From: Hyphochytrium catenoides
Taxonomy: Eukaryota; Protista; Hyphochytriomycota
Reading direction: 5' to 3'
Assembly: GCA_900088475.1 (NCBI GenBank)
Contig: FLMG01000119.1
Span: 1-37,172 of the forward strand
Length of the DNA stretch: 37,172 bases
A program made the translations under genes and the position numbers. Shown here piece after piece: positions 1 to 12,928 of this stretch (its first letter is position 1; each line of letters opens with the position of its first letter). The notes under the pieces were generated by a model. It ran no database searches, had not been told where the DNA came from, and worked only from the letters and a program-made list of their open reading frames with translations.

Positions 1-180
1 CCCCCTCTTTTTTTCTCTCTCTGAGGTTGAAAGTCTATCTTAAAAAACTCAACTTGGTCGAAGGAGTCTTACCTCTTACCGTGTCCTTTGTTATCCTGCT
101 TATTCTTTTCCGGGCACCTCTCCTCCCTGCTTTCATATGTTAATGGATATTGTCTCTCCCTCCTTAATCTACTCTGACAG

Positions 181-2172
181 GTCTCTCTCCTGGGAAGGAG
201 GTCAGTCTGAAGTATAGCTACAATGTCACGTGTACGGACATTGTAAAGGGAAAGAATGGAGAGATTGTTGAGCTTCACGTCACTGCGGACTTTGAGAAGA
301 AAAACAAGCCCAAGGGCAATCTTACCTGGGTGAGCTGCAAGGCAGCTGAGAGGCGTGTCGAGGTAAGAAAGAGAGTGTGCATCCGGGTCAGGCCATGCAT
401 TGAATCTGTCTTTTCCTCATTAGCTTACTTTAGAGTATAGCAAATTACCTGCTTAATGGAACCTGGCTGTCTATCTTTCTCCCCGTATATCTTGTGCTCT
501 CTCTTTCCGTGTTTCTTTCTTTGCCTTCTCAGTCATTTCTCTCTCTCTTAGACTTGCTTTCTCAGTGCCCATTCTTACCTATTTGCACTCTCATAACGTT
601 ATTTCCTTCCTTGCCATTTTCAGGTGCGCATGTATGACTACCTCTTCACTGTTGAGAACCCGGGAACAAACAAAGAAGTCTCCTGGGAGACAGAGCTGAA
701 TCCGAACAGCGAGAAGGTGTATTTTTCTCTCTTTTCTCTCTTGCTGTTCTGCCCTCTGTTTGGACGCTTTGCATTATCCATTTGCTTTCTCTTTTATAGA
801 CTGCTTCTCGGTATCTCTCCTTCCTCTGTTTCACTCTTTTCCTCTCCTCAAAAAGATGGCTCTCTTAATCTTGCAACGCCCTGTCTTTCTTTCTGAGATG
901 TGTCTCTCTGCTTCTGCTCCTGCCACTAAAGCCTCTATATTCCTTTAGGTTATTAGCACGGCGGTAGTGGACCGAAGTGTGTGGGATCTGCCTCCACTGT
1001 CCAGCGTCCAGTTCGAGAGAATCGGCTTCTTTGTCGTAGACCCTGACAGCACCAAAGAGAAGATTATCTTCAACCAGACAGGTGCGCCTATAGATTCGTT
1101 AAGCTAGAGGGTAGGGAATGGAAGGCTCTGAAATTTAGGAGAGAAAAAGAAAGAGCTAGAGAGAGAGAGACACCAGAGAAAAGAGAGAGGGGGCATGCTC
1201 CCTTGTACCCCTTCTTTGAACCACTTAGATGCACCTGTGATTGAGAAAAAAAAAGAGGGTGGCGGCTTGGTTAAACAGCTCCCCAGTCTACCAAGAGGGT
1301 GGCGACGAAGGGAAGAGAGAGAGAGAGAGAGAGAGCAAGAGAGAGAGAGAGAGTTAGAGATCACGGGTACATTCTGAACAAGTGAAGAAAAGGGAGATTG
1401 CTGCGCAGCTGTATTCTTCGATTCGTTGCGCTTATCTTCTGACTCGCCGCCCTCTTCTTCTTCTTCTCCCTTCCTCTCTCGTTTGGCCCTACAGTGTCTC
1501 TCAAGGAAAGCGGTCCCAAGAAGACTGCAGGAGCTAGCGCTGCCAACCGTAGCAGGAAGGAAGAGCAAGCACGACAACTGGCAGAGAAGAAAGGTAAGTC
1601 TCGTCTACATTCTGGTCTGTGTCTTCCTTTACCTTTCTATGGCCTCTTCTGCCCAAGCTTTGAGAGGGTTCCTCTCGCTCTCTCGCTCTTTCCCTCTATC
1701 TGTCTTTCTTACCCTCTATTTGTTTTCTCTTTCTGTCTTTCTCTCTCTCTTCTGCTCTCTATCCTATGACCAGTCCACCTCTGCCACCTTGCACAATCTC
1801 TCCTCGCAGGCTCTTCTGTTTCTGCTCGCTCTAGGTCCATGCTCTTCTCTTCGTAGCCTAATCATTCTTGCCTCCTTTTTTTCTCGTGCTATCTTCTTCC
1901 TCTTTTCTTCCGCCTTTCTCTTCTTGGGCTCTCCTTCCTTTATAATCGCTGTCTCTCTCTCTCTTTCACCCGCTCACCCACCACAAGCCCGCATGAACCT
2001 GGATCCTCGCGAGATGTTCAAGAAAGAGACAGTCAAGTATTCAAAGTTTGATGACGATGGCATTCCCACTCACGATGCTGCCGGAGAGCCTCTCACCAAG
2101 AGCACCATCAAAAAGCTCAAGAAAGATTGGGAGAAGCAGAAGAAGCTCTTTGAGAAGGCCTCTGCACAGTGA
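181..2172 (+). CDS. QARS: Glutaminyl-tRNA synthetase, 3' part (anticodon-binding barrels plus C-terminal extension); gene starts upstream of the window
   Basis: Phase-consistent GT-AG exons 181-362, 624-716, 949-1081, 1495-1593, 1988-2172 (TGA). Translation includes LSPGKEVSLKYSYNVTC, KPKGNLTWVS, EVRMYDYLF, LNPNS and VQFERIGFFVVDPDS..IIFNQTVSLKE, matching the GlnRS motifs L.PG.EVRL, KG.IHWVS, EVRLYD.LF, QFER.GYF.VD and FNRTV.LK. Confidence 0.93.
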
Positions 2173-2182
2173 GACAGGAGAT

Positions 2183-2213
<31 letters not shown>

Positions 2214-2696
2214 AATGAGAGACATATGGAGAAGAGAAGGAAGGAGGTCAAGCTTATCCTAGAGAGTTAGAAAAATGGAAAGGAGCGGGCAAATAGAGAG
2301 AGGAAACGAGGACCTGATGTGCCCAACATAAAGTGTAATGAGGTCCATCATCCTCTTGAAGCCCATCCCCCCCTACGTTATCTCTCTCGCTTCTATGACC
2401 AACGAACAGAAACAGAAAAGAGAAAAGAGGGAGACAGGCAGAGAGAGAGAGAGAGAGAGAGAGAAAGAAGGGACACCAGCTTAGGGTATCAGTCTGTTCT
2501 TAGTTGGTGTCTCTCTCTCTTCTCTGTTTTATGCGCTTAGCACTTTTGAATAGACAACTTGTTATTATAGACAGAGGTCAGAAGCAAGAGGATATCGATA
2601 GGAACCTAACTTCGAGAGAGAGAGAGAGAGGGATCTTTCTCTCTCTTGCAGCAGGGCCTCTCTTCAAGAGGAAAGAGGGACTCGAGACACGGTCCA

Positions 2697-5158
2697 TTAT
2701 TTCTTTGCTTTAGGTGTAGAGGAAATACTCTTTCCTTCTCCTGCCACTGTCTTCGGAGTGCTTGGCCTCGAGCTCGAGCCTTTTCCTCCGGCTGCTTCCT
2801 TGCCACCGTCACCGCGAGGCGTACTTGGCCGGGACACATTCTTCGTAGCCTGACAAACAGTGTGTGTGAGAGAGAGAGAAAGAGAGGAAGAGAGAGAGAG
2901 AGACAAAAATACAAAGAGAGAAAGCAAGGGAAGTGCAAAAAGAGTGTAAGGGCGTGCATGCAAACAAGACAGAGGCGAGAAGGTGTGGTGCAGAGAGAGA
3001 AAAGAGAAGAGAAAGAGAAAGAGGCTACCAAGGGGCAGGAAAGGAAAAGAGATGTCGCCTGAGGAAGGGAAGGGAGAGGACCAAGAAGTAGAGGGCGAAA
3101 GAAAGAAAGAGAGAGAGACACACACAGAGATCCCGGAGAAGTGAAGGCGGAAGATTTAGAGAACAAGAAGAGGAAGACGCGGTCTGCGCCGATAAATCAT
3201 CGACAGAGAACAGAAGAGACGAGCAGTGCAGTGGGAAGAGAGAGAGAGAGATTCTCTCTTACCTGTCCCATCTCCACGCTCCTGGCTCTAGCAGCGAAGT
3301 TCAAGGTGCAGAAAGACTCTTCCGCGTTATAGTCCGCAGGGCTCGCACAAGCAAACATCAGAGTCTTAGAATCACCCGCTGCAGAGAGAGAGAGAGAGAA
3401 ACAGAGAGAGAGAGAGAGAAAGAGAGAAAGAGAGAGTAGACTGGGGTCGTTAGAAGAGAAGCACAAGCACAACAGAAGCACTGAATAAGAGAGAAAGAAG
3501 AGGAGAGATGTGAAGAGGAGTATCGAGAACCGTGAAACGGGAAGAGAGCCGGGAGGAGGAGAGAGTGGCCCATAAAGGAGAAAGAGAGCGAATTGGCAGA
3601 AGCAGAGAGATACAGAGAGAGAGAGAGAGAAAGAGCAAGAGAAACACACACAAAGAGACAGACAGAAGCTGTTGATGAAGCACAGCGACAGGCAGGCAGA
3701 GAGAGAAAGAAAGAAGGAGAGAGAGAGAGAGAAAAAAAATGACTTTAAAGAGCATAACGGAGAAAAGGATAGGTGGGAGGAGAGAGAGGAGAGAGAGGAG
3801 AGAGAGGAGAGAGAGCTGTCCTTACAAAGAGAATCCTGCAGCAGGTAAGTGAGCTGTGAGTTCCGGTAGGGCACATGTTTGCTGTTCTGGGCCCGAGCGG
3901 CGATCACGTCTCCCAGAGCGGAGAGAGAGCTGGAACGGCCAAGGGAGAACACCAGCAAAGAGGCACAAGAGAGAGAGAGAGACAGCAAAGGGAGAGAGAG
4001 GACAGAGTGAATGATAGAGAAACAGAGAGAGAGAGAGAGAGAGAAGAGGAGGAGAGGGGCAAGAAAAGAAAGCGGGAAGAAGACGAGAGACGGAAAGAGA
4101 GACAGAGATGCAGAAGGAGCGGCAAAGAGAGAGAGAGAGAGCGAAGCAGAGAGAGGGGGAAGGGTGAAAATGAGAACGAACGAAACATTAGCGCGGCGAG
4201 AGATTGAGACGCAGAGAGAGAGAGAGAGAAAGAGGAATAGTGACAAAGGGTGAAGTGTCAAGCAAGTGCAAAAGGAAAACCAAGCTTAGAAGATCAGGGA
4301 AGTTACCAGAGTTCGAGCGAGACTAATGGTGAGAGAGCGGAAAGAGAGAGAAATGGGAAATAGAGAGTGAGACAGAGAGAAAGAAGAGAGAGAGGTAGGT
4401 TGAGAGAGAGAGCGAGAGAGAGGGACAGAGCTAGAGACAGAGAGAGCGAGAGCGAGAGCGAGCAAAAGAGAGAGCGCGCGCGAGAGAGAGAGAAGCGAGA
4501 GAAAGAGAGAGAGAGGAGAGAGAGGATAAAAGAACTCACAGATTGATGCTTTGGGCTTCTTTCAGCTGCTGCCCCGTCGCGCCAGTCTTCGACAACCGCT
4601 CAGAGCCAGCCAAGTCGATCAGATGCAGCTGAAAGAGAAAGAGTTTTGATAGAGAGAGAAAGAGTGTGAGATAGACGATAAAGAAGGGAACAGAGGAAAG
4701 AGAGAAAGAGGATAATCTGCCGAGAGAGTGAAAGGAGAGAATGCCAAAAAGAAATACCATTCGAAAGCAGAGACCATCAGAGAGCATAGGGAAACCCAAG
4801 GGAAGAAACAGTAATAATGCAGCTTTTCTTTCTCTCTCTCTCTCTCTCTCTCTCTTCGCTCTCTCTCTCTCTCGTCTGCTTTGTCTTTATTCTCCTGTCT
4901 CTTCTCTGGTTATGCCTCTTACCTTTCCCTTGGTAGTCTGCTGCGTAACCTTGTTATTACTGGTGCAGTAGATAGAGAGAATGGCGTGGGAGCGAGAGGA
5001 ATGCTCATTCATATCCGTGGAAGACTGCTTCCGATTGTTCTCTCCCAGCTCCAACAGCTGCAGCACCTTCACAAACCGAGAGACAACGAGACAGGGAGAT
5101 AAGACTAAAGAGAAAGAAGGGAACAAATATTTGAACCTATCCACAAGCTACAACAGCT

Positions 5159-5226
<68 letters not shown>

Positions 5227-5492
5227 GAGGGAGGAAAACCCCCAAAAGTTGAGCCTAAACAAAGGAAGAGAGAGATCAAGCGAGAGAAAGATGAGCGCCA
5301 GCGAGCGATAGAGAGAGAGAGAGAAAGGAAAGTGAAGAGAGAGATGACAGTCACGGTCAGGCAAGCTCACACCTCTTCAAAGTTTTCCACTGGCACTACT
5401 GTGAGATCCGGAACGAACACTCCATCAGGACCTTGGCGGACCTGCAGAGGTCTTAACAGACCGGTGAGAGAGGAGAGAAAAGGTCGTGCGAG

Positions 5493-5548
<56 letters not shown>

Positions 5549-6007
5549 GGACAGACGTGAGGAAAGAGAAGGAGAGAACATCAAAAACGTGTGGGGAGAG
5601 AGAGGGAGCGATGGAAGTGAAGAGAGAAAGGAGAGGAAAGACATAGATAAAGATGGGTGAGATGAGAAAGAGAACGACAAAGAGATACAGAGAGAAAGAG
5701 TGACAGAGGAGATCAGAGAGCGCGAGAGCGAAGAAAGATAAACGAATAATGGGGAGAGGAAGGGCGTGAGGAATGACAAGTGGACAGTGGACAGATAGAA
5801 AAGATAGTCGAGTTAAGAGAGAGAAAAGGAGAGAGGGAGTGGAGCGACCAGCAAAATGCCGGGAGAAATAAAGAGGGAAAGGAGAGAGAGAGGTGCAAAG
5901 ATAGATAGTGAAAAACTGAGTAGGATAGATCTAGAGATAAAGAGAGTGACAGAGAGACAAAAGGGGAGACTATGTGTGTGAGCGAGAGAAGGAGAGAGTA
6001 AGTGGAA

Positions 6008-6045
<38 letters not shown>

Positions 6046-7211
6046 ACAGTGATCCTTACTTGTCTGCTGCTGACTTATCTGCCAGGAGGTCGTGTATCGA
6101 TTCATTATAAATCTCTACGAGGCTGACAGTGATCTCATCCGTGACTTCACCGCTTCTCTCTGTACTGATCCGGAACAGCTCCTAGAGAAGAGAAGAGTGG
6201 GCATGACAGAGAGAGAGAGAGAGACAAGGGGACGACATATATATATAGAGAGAGGAGAGTGAAAGAGAGAGGAAGAAGATAGAACGAGTTTTGAGCGCAG
6301 CGAATAACGAGAGAGGACAAGTGGAGAGAACAGAGGTAGGAGGAAGTAGGAAACAAGATGATCTCAACGGATATAGGAGACAGAGAGACAGAGAAAGAGA
6401 GAGAGAGAGAGATAGAGAGAGAGGCCCACCATGAGTGCTCTATGGTTGACTCCTCTGTTCTCACTGTTTCCCGTCATGGTAAAGGTCTTTCCTGTGCCTG
6501 TCTGTCCATAAGCAAAGATGCAAGCGTTGTACCCGTCCAGCACGGATGTCACGATGGGCTGGGAAAGAGAGAATATTTACAAAGAGGAAAGATCAAGTGA
6601 GAGAAGGACAGGAGAGAAAGAGAGAAGGTGGTGAGACGGTAGCGGACGTGAAAGAGAGAGTGAGAAACAGCAAGAGGATTTGAGCGAGCACGAAGGAGCG
6701 GAAAAATTAAAATAGAGCCAAGAGAGCAAATTGGTACGGAAGGAGCAAGGCAAGTGGTGTCGGGAGAGAGAGAGAAAGACAAAGAGAGAGAGAGAGAGAG
6801 CAAAATGGACGTTCACCGGCATGAGTACCGGTAGTTGAAGGTAGGAGAAGTCATGAGAGACTGGAGGAGATGAAGAGGAAGGGAGAGAGAGAGAGACAAC
6901 GAACATCAGAGATCTTGAGCGCTAAGAGAGGGGCAATAATTCTCTCCTACACTCTCTTCCTCTCTCTCTCTCTCTCTCCTCTGCTGTTCCGCCTCACCTT
7001 AGCTTCCTGGAACACTTCCTCTTGTGTGGAGTTAGGGCCGAAGACCTTATCGAACTCCCAGCTCTTGGTCTGATTCTTGCTGTTGGTCATGGAGAGAGTG
7101 CTCTCTTCTGGATATTGAACCACATCCTTATCCCCGTTTGTCACCTCAGACTTGCTCATGGGCCGGATTCTGAGGCAGAGCCAAGAGGAGAATGGCAGAG
7201 AGAAAGATGTG

Positions 7212-7242
<31 letters not shown>

Positions 7243-10134
7243 GAAGAGAGAGAAGGAAGACAGGCCCACAAGAGAGAGAGACAGGGAGGATGAGGAAGAG
7301 AGAGAGAGGTGTCAAAAACAGAGATTGATGAGCAGAGAGCATTGAAGTGACGACCACTGGGCAACAAGGAACGACGAAGGGGACGCTTTAGAAGAAGAGA
7401 GAGGAAGAGCAAGAGAGAGAGAGCACGCAATGAAGAGAAAGAAAGGACAAGACAGAGAGGGAAGAGAAGCGGATGACAGGAAGAAGAAATAGCGGTAGGA
7501 AGACTACAAAATTAGAAGTGAGGGGTAGAGAGAATAAGTGGAAGAGTGAGAGAGTGGGAGTAATATACCCACGTCTTGAGAGGAATATATGAGAGAGAGA
7601 GAGAGAGTACGAGACATAAAGATAGATAGGCATGTACCGGACGAAGACGCGAATGTTGCCCCTTAACTCCTGAACAAGGTTAAAGAGCTTCTTTCTCTCC
7701 GCATGCTCACGCTGATATTTGGCAGTAAGATCTTGCAGAAGACTAACACAAAGGGGAGAGGAAGAGCAAACACGAGAGAGAAGGATAGGAGAGAGGAGAT
7801 ATGATCAGCGGCCGTACCAGCGATCTGGATTCTTCTTTCATTGTGGTTCCTCTTTCCTCTCTTCCACCTCTTCTATATCTAACCTGTCTCTGCCTTTTTC
7901 TCTTCTTTTCTCCGTCCCTCTCACGTCCTCTGTCTCTGTCTCTGTCTCCCTCCGCTTGGTCTCTTTCTCTTTCGCATACCTGACATGTTTCTTCATAACT
8001 GCAGAGACGATATCTTTGCCAGTCTGTTCCATCACTTCGTGAGATTTCTCCAGCTCCAGGCTCGCATCTCTCTTCACAGATTCGAGCAATGTCCGGCTCT
8101 GCTTCAGAGTCTTCATCGTGGAGCTCATCTTCATCAAGCTCCGTCTGATATTTTGAAGATTATTGGATTTCTCCTGAAGCTTTGAGATCTCATTTTGAAG
8201 ATTATTGGATTTTTCTTGCGCTTTTGAGAGATCTTTCTTGACTCTCTGCACTTCCTCCTGGGCCTTAGACAGCTCAGATTGCAGCTCCTTTTTCTGCAAC
8301 TCTGCATTCTCTGCTCTTTCCGCATTGCTCGTCTGGACCTCTTTCCTCTCTTGTTCTGCAACTCTGAGCTTCTCCTCGAGCTGAACGGAATGACGATGAC
8401 AAAGGGACGATAGGAAGGTCAAACAGAGAGAAAGAAGAATGTTGAAAGGACAAAAAAAACGATGTAGACTAAAATCCAGGACGAAAGAGGGAAAGGGAGC
8501 AAGAAAGAAAGGAAGAAAGGGAAGAGAAAAAAAGGAGAGAGAGAGAGAGAGAGAGAGATCCGTCGCTGCAGGAATCGAAGTAAAGGAGCAAAGACCTGAT
8601 TGAGAAGTCTCTCCTTTTCTTCGTGAAGCTGTCGCCACTTCTTTCTTTCGTCTTCTGCTCTCTCTTCTGCCGCGGCCAGCTCTGTTGAGAGCTTTTCTGA
8701 GGCAGACTGAGAGCGCTTCAACTCCTCTCTCGCTTGCTGCAGGAGTAGTGCCTGCCAGTAAGGGGAGAGACAAGGAAAGAAAATGGATGACAAAGAATGT
8801 CAGTTGCGTGTGTGTGCGTCTGGGATAGATGGAGAGAGACAGAGAGAGGGAGAGAGAGAGAGACAGGGAGTAGGAGAAGCGAGACAGGAAAGAACAGAGG
8901 GAAAAGGAGATAACTAAAAAGAAGTAGAGGAGAAATGGAGAGAGAAGATGAGCGGAGATAAGAAAGAATGAAGGGAAAGAGCGAGCAGAAGGAGAAACGG
9001 AAAAGAGAAAGAGTGCAAAAAGCGGGGGGAAAAGGCGCAGGAAGAGGAGGAAGAGAGAGACAGAGGGAAAGAGAGATATATAAATGAGAAGATAAATTAT
9101 AGGCACGAGATAGAGAATGAGAGGGCGAAGAGGAAAGAAAGAGACGGGACCTGCTCCTGTTCTCTAGAAGCAAGTGCTCGACTCTCTTCCTTAGCTTTCA
9201 TCAGCTCCTGAGCTGTCAGTTTGACCCTTTCCGCTTCAGAAGACGAGGAAGAAGAAAGAGAGAGGAGACTCTCCTCTTTCCTCTTGAGTTCTTCTTCCTT
9301 AGCGCTCAACTGAGACTGGGAGAAGAAGGACGTCAGCACCATGCCGTACTTAGGGGAATCCATGTACCCACGGAGGGAGAGAGAAAGAAAGGCGAAGGCG
9401 AGAGAGGGATAGAAAAAAAAGAGGGAGATACATATAATTGGATAGAGAGACGGAGAGAGAGAGAGAGACAGAGAGAGANNNNNNNNNNNNNNNNNNNNNN
9501 NNNNNNNNNNNNNNNNNNNNNNNNNNNNNNNNNNNNNNNNNNGAACAACGAGAGAAAAAGAACGGAGAAGAGAGAGATATGGACTTCAAGTTCCAAACAT
9601 GAGGAATGCCCACGACGGACCAAGAGAGAAAGATGTACCTTTAGTTGCTGGGTCTCAGCGAGCAAGCTGTCTTCTCTCTTCCGTCTGTCCTCTCTCTCCC
9701 TCTCTCTCTCTTCTCTCTCCTTGGCGACAGCGTCCGATAGCTGAGCTACCTCCTGAGAAGAGGATCCAGATTCCGAGAGAAGTCTCTCCCGTTCTTTCTC
9801 CAATTTCCTCATTTCTTCCTTCGCCTAACAGGAGAGAACTCTTTTCAATCGCGTTCTGAGATAGATTCTTCCACATGTTTGCACTCCTTTCTTTTGGCAT
9901 CCCTCTGTCTTTCCTACTTTCTCTTTATCTTCTGTCTCTTTCATCTTCTCTCTATATCTCACTTTCCTCTTTCTCTGCAGATCTTTCTCATTCTGTCTTT
10001 ATCTCTCCGTCTCTCTTTCTCTATGACTTTCATCCTCCTGCTCTTCTCTCATTTCCTGTCCCATCTCTCTCCCTCTTTGCCCTTATCCCCTATACTTTCT
10101 CTTTTTGACGTACCCAGATATAAACCTTCATGGT

Positions 10135-10167
<33 letters not shown>

Positions 10168-10744
10168 CTTTCTTTCTCTCTCTGTCTCTCTCTGTCCTTT
10201 CTAATTGTACCTTGCTCTGCTGATCCTTCGCTTCACTTAGCGCTGTCTGGAGCTGAGCAACTTCCTCAGTCTTTCTGTGAAGCTCTGCCTTCAAGCCTTC
10301 AAGATTTCTTTCTCTTTGCTCTTCCTTCTCTCTTCTCTGAAGCTCATCCGCTCCGTCTCCTACAATTTCGAGAGTAGAAGAAGAGAGAGAAGGAGTCCCT
10401 CTTTCTTTCTGTTCTCTGAGGACTAAAAGCTCTTCGTCTTTCCTTGCTATCTCTTCCCTCAGCTGCTCATTCTCTCTCCTAATCCCTTGAAGATCTTCCC
10501 CTTGGCCTTGATTCACATCCAAAGAGGGAGAGAAAGAGACCTCCGCAGGAGGTTCTTGTCCTGGGTCTTTTCTTCCCTTTTCCTGCTTATGTGGATGTAG
10601 CTTAGGACGTGCTTCTTGCCTTTGTCTTCTGTTGCCCCTTGTCGTTCGCTCTCTTCTGTCGCGTCTTGCTCTCTTTCTCTCGTTGGACTGAATTCCCCCT
10701 CTCGGTCTCCCTCTTATTCTCCCTCTTTCTCTCTCGAATCCTTT

Positions 10745-10779
<35 letters not shown>

Positions 10780-10844
10780 CACACACACTGGCTCTCTCTC
10801 TCTCTTTCTCTCTTCCCTCTCTCTCTCTCTCTCTCTCCCTCCTC

Positions 10845-10879
<35 letters not shown>

Positions 10880-12928
10880 TCTCCCTCTCTCTCTCTTGCT
10901 CTCTCTCTCTCTCTCTCTCTCCTTTCCATAAGCATTCTGCTGGTTATCCTTCAGAAGCCCATCCATTCTACTGGCCGTCTTACCTGTTGCTCCTCTAGCT
11001 CATCAATGCGGTCCAAGAGCTCTTCTCTCTCTCTCTCCAGTTTCTTTATCTTCTTCTTGAAATAGAAATAGTCATCTTCTTCTTCCTCTTTCTTCTCCTT
11101 CTCTTTCTCCTTTTCTCTCTCTCCCTCTTGCTGTCCCTCAGCGGCCGAGAGAGAGGAAGTAGGAAGAGGAAGTAGTTCAGTCGCTGGCTGTGGAACGGAA
11201 GCCCCCAAGTCCTTGAGAAGAGCCTCATAGCGGGTGCAAAGCTGCCGCAACTGCTCATTCGACTGGTTTTTCTCCTTCACAGGCAGAGTAGAAGAGAGAG
11301 TGGTCATGAATATAGAAGCAAACAGCGAAAACGAGAGAGAAAAAAAAAAGAAGAGAGAGAGAGAGAAAGGGAGAGATTGGGCATGTATGTAGGAAGAGAG
11401 AGAGGAGAGGGTAGAAAGTGATAGCGATGGTGCAAAGAGAAGTAGGTGGTGAGTGGCTGAATATTAAGAGAGAGAAGAGAGAGAGAGAAGAGAGCGAGAG
11501 CGAGAGAGAGCAGAGATGAAGCGCCAATAGGAGAAGATATGTCTATAGACGTAGAGAGAGAGAGAGCATGCATCGAAGAGAGCGTAGAGAGAGAGAGAGA
11601 GATCGTGTCCGACAAGGAGACTGACAGACAATCAGAGAAACTGGGAGCAAAAAAAAGTCTGCATAGAGAAAACGAAAACGAAAAAAAAAGGAGAGAGAGA
11701 GAGAGAGAGAGACGGTAATACCTTCATCTTCTCGTCAAAGGTAGAGTTAAGGAGCGCCGTCTGTCTCTTGCTCATCCGTTGGAAGTCTTCAAGCTTCCTC
11801 TCGACTTTCTCTAGTTCATCCAAAAGTTCTTCTCTCTCATCGAGAACATCATCCAGCTCATCTTCTAGCCTCTCGTACTTCTCTCTTGACACTGTCTCAC
11901 TCTCTCTCTTCTTTTCCTTTGTCTTCTTCTTCTTCTTCGTCTTGGTCTCTCCTTCTCTCTCCCCCTCCAAACTCCGCCTATCGTCCTCATAGCTGTCATA
12001 GATATCATCGTGGTAGCGATCACCAGATCTCGGACTATTTTCTTTCTTGGCCTTGCGGTTCTTGGGGGACGATTTGTCTGTCTTTTTCCTGTCTTTATAC
12101 TCTGACTCCTCTCTCTCACTTCGAGAGCTGTAGTCTCTCTCTCTCTCCTCACCGCTCCATCTCTCTCTTTCTCTCTCTCTTTCTCCTTTCTCTTTCTTTC
12201 CATTTCTCTTCCCTCCCCGTCTCTTCTCCCTAGTGGATTCAGCTGAGCCTCTGGATCCACGAGAACTGCGGCTGTCGAAGGAGTGATCACTGTACGAGCC
12301 TCTGCAATGAAAGAGAGAGAGAGAGGGAGAGAGAGAAAGAAAGAAAGAAAGAGAGAGAGGCCGAAAGAAAGAGAGAAAAGGACAGAAAAAGAGAGAGAGA
12401 AAGAAAACGAGAAAGGGCGAGAGAGAGAGAAAGGGGGGGAGCGAGAGAGAAGGGGAGGGAGAGCGAGAGACAGAGAGTGAGAGACACAAGAAGAAGAAAA
12501 AGATATTAGTGTAGGAAAGGGAAGGGATCGGGAGTCCGTGTAAGGCCTGAAAATCAGGAGAGAGGCATGATGGGGGAGCAATAACTGAAGAGAGAGAGAG
12601 AGAGAGACACCCTGAGAGAGAGGTGTCGGAAGCAAGAAAGACAACGAAAGAGAGAGAAATGATAGAAGAAAGAGAGAGAGAGAGCATGAGAAAGGAGCTC
12701 ATGCAAGCCGAAGGTGTATCACCTGTCGCCGTCGTCTTCTTCTTTCTCTCTCGAACCTCTTTTCTCTTTGGAGAGAGTCTCAACGGGCCTTTCTTCCTCT
12801 GTCAAGAGAGAGACAGGCCTCAGCTCTTCAGTGAGAGAAGATCTCTCTTCCTCTCCTCCCATCTCCGGGACCTTCGGGGCGGCAGGGTCATGACCCTCAG
12901 CCTTTAGAACTTCCTGCGGTTCTTCCAT
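2697..12928 (-). CDS. Kinesin-14 (C-terminal motor, KIFC3/KCBP-like), ~1189 aa, 18 exons, long charged N-terminal tail and coiled coil
   Basis: Exons (minus) 12928-12723, 12301-11722, 11274-10984, 10582-10211, 9824-9639, 9315-9151, 8751-8596, 8380-7980, 7742-7638, 7169-6998, 6558-6430, 6181-6060, 5451-5373, 5066-4923, 4628-4540, 3929-3826, 3378-3263, 2849-2697 total 3570 nt with consistent phases. Kinesin-14 neck [30 protein letters not shown]-loop [20 protein letters not shown], switch [10 protein letters not shown], switch [44 protein letters not shown]. Motor exons are firm; the N-terminal exons are less so. Confidence 0.93.
5161..5222. repeat. Near-perfect (GA)n microsatellite, representative of dozens of GA/CT tracts in introns and intergenic DNA
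   Basis: Seen directly; similar tracts at 5497-5543, 13370-13660, 25150-25205, 27885-27960, 32200-32385 and 36620-36835. Most of the nine N gaps abut such tracts. Confidence 0.95.
8151..8234 (-). repeat. 42-bp tandem duplication inside kinesin coiled-coil exon 8
   Basis: ttttgaagattattggattt occurs at 8151 and 8193 (period 42); encodes [14 protein letters not shown] / [14 protein letters not shown]. Confidence 0.85.
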
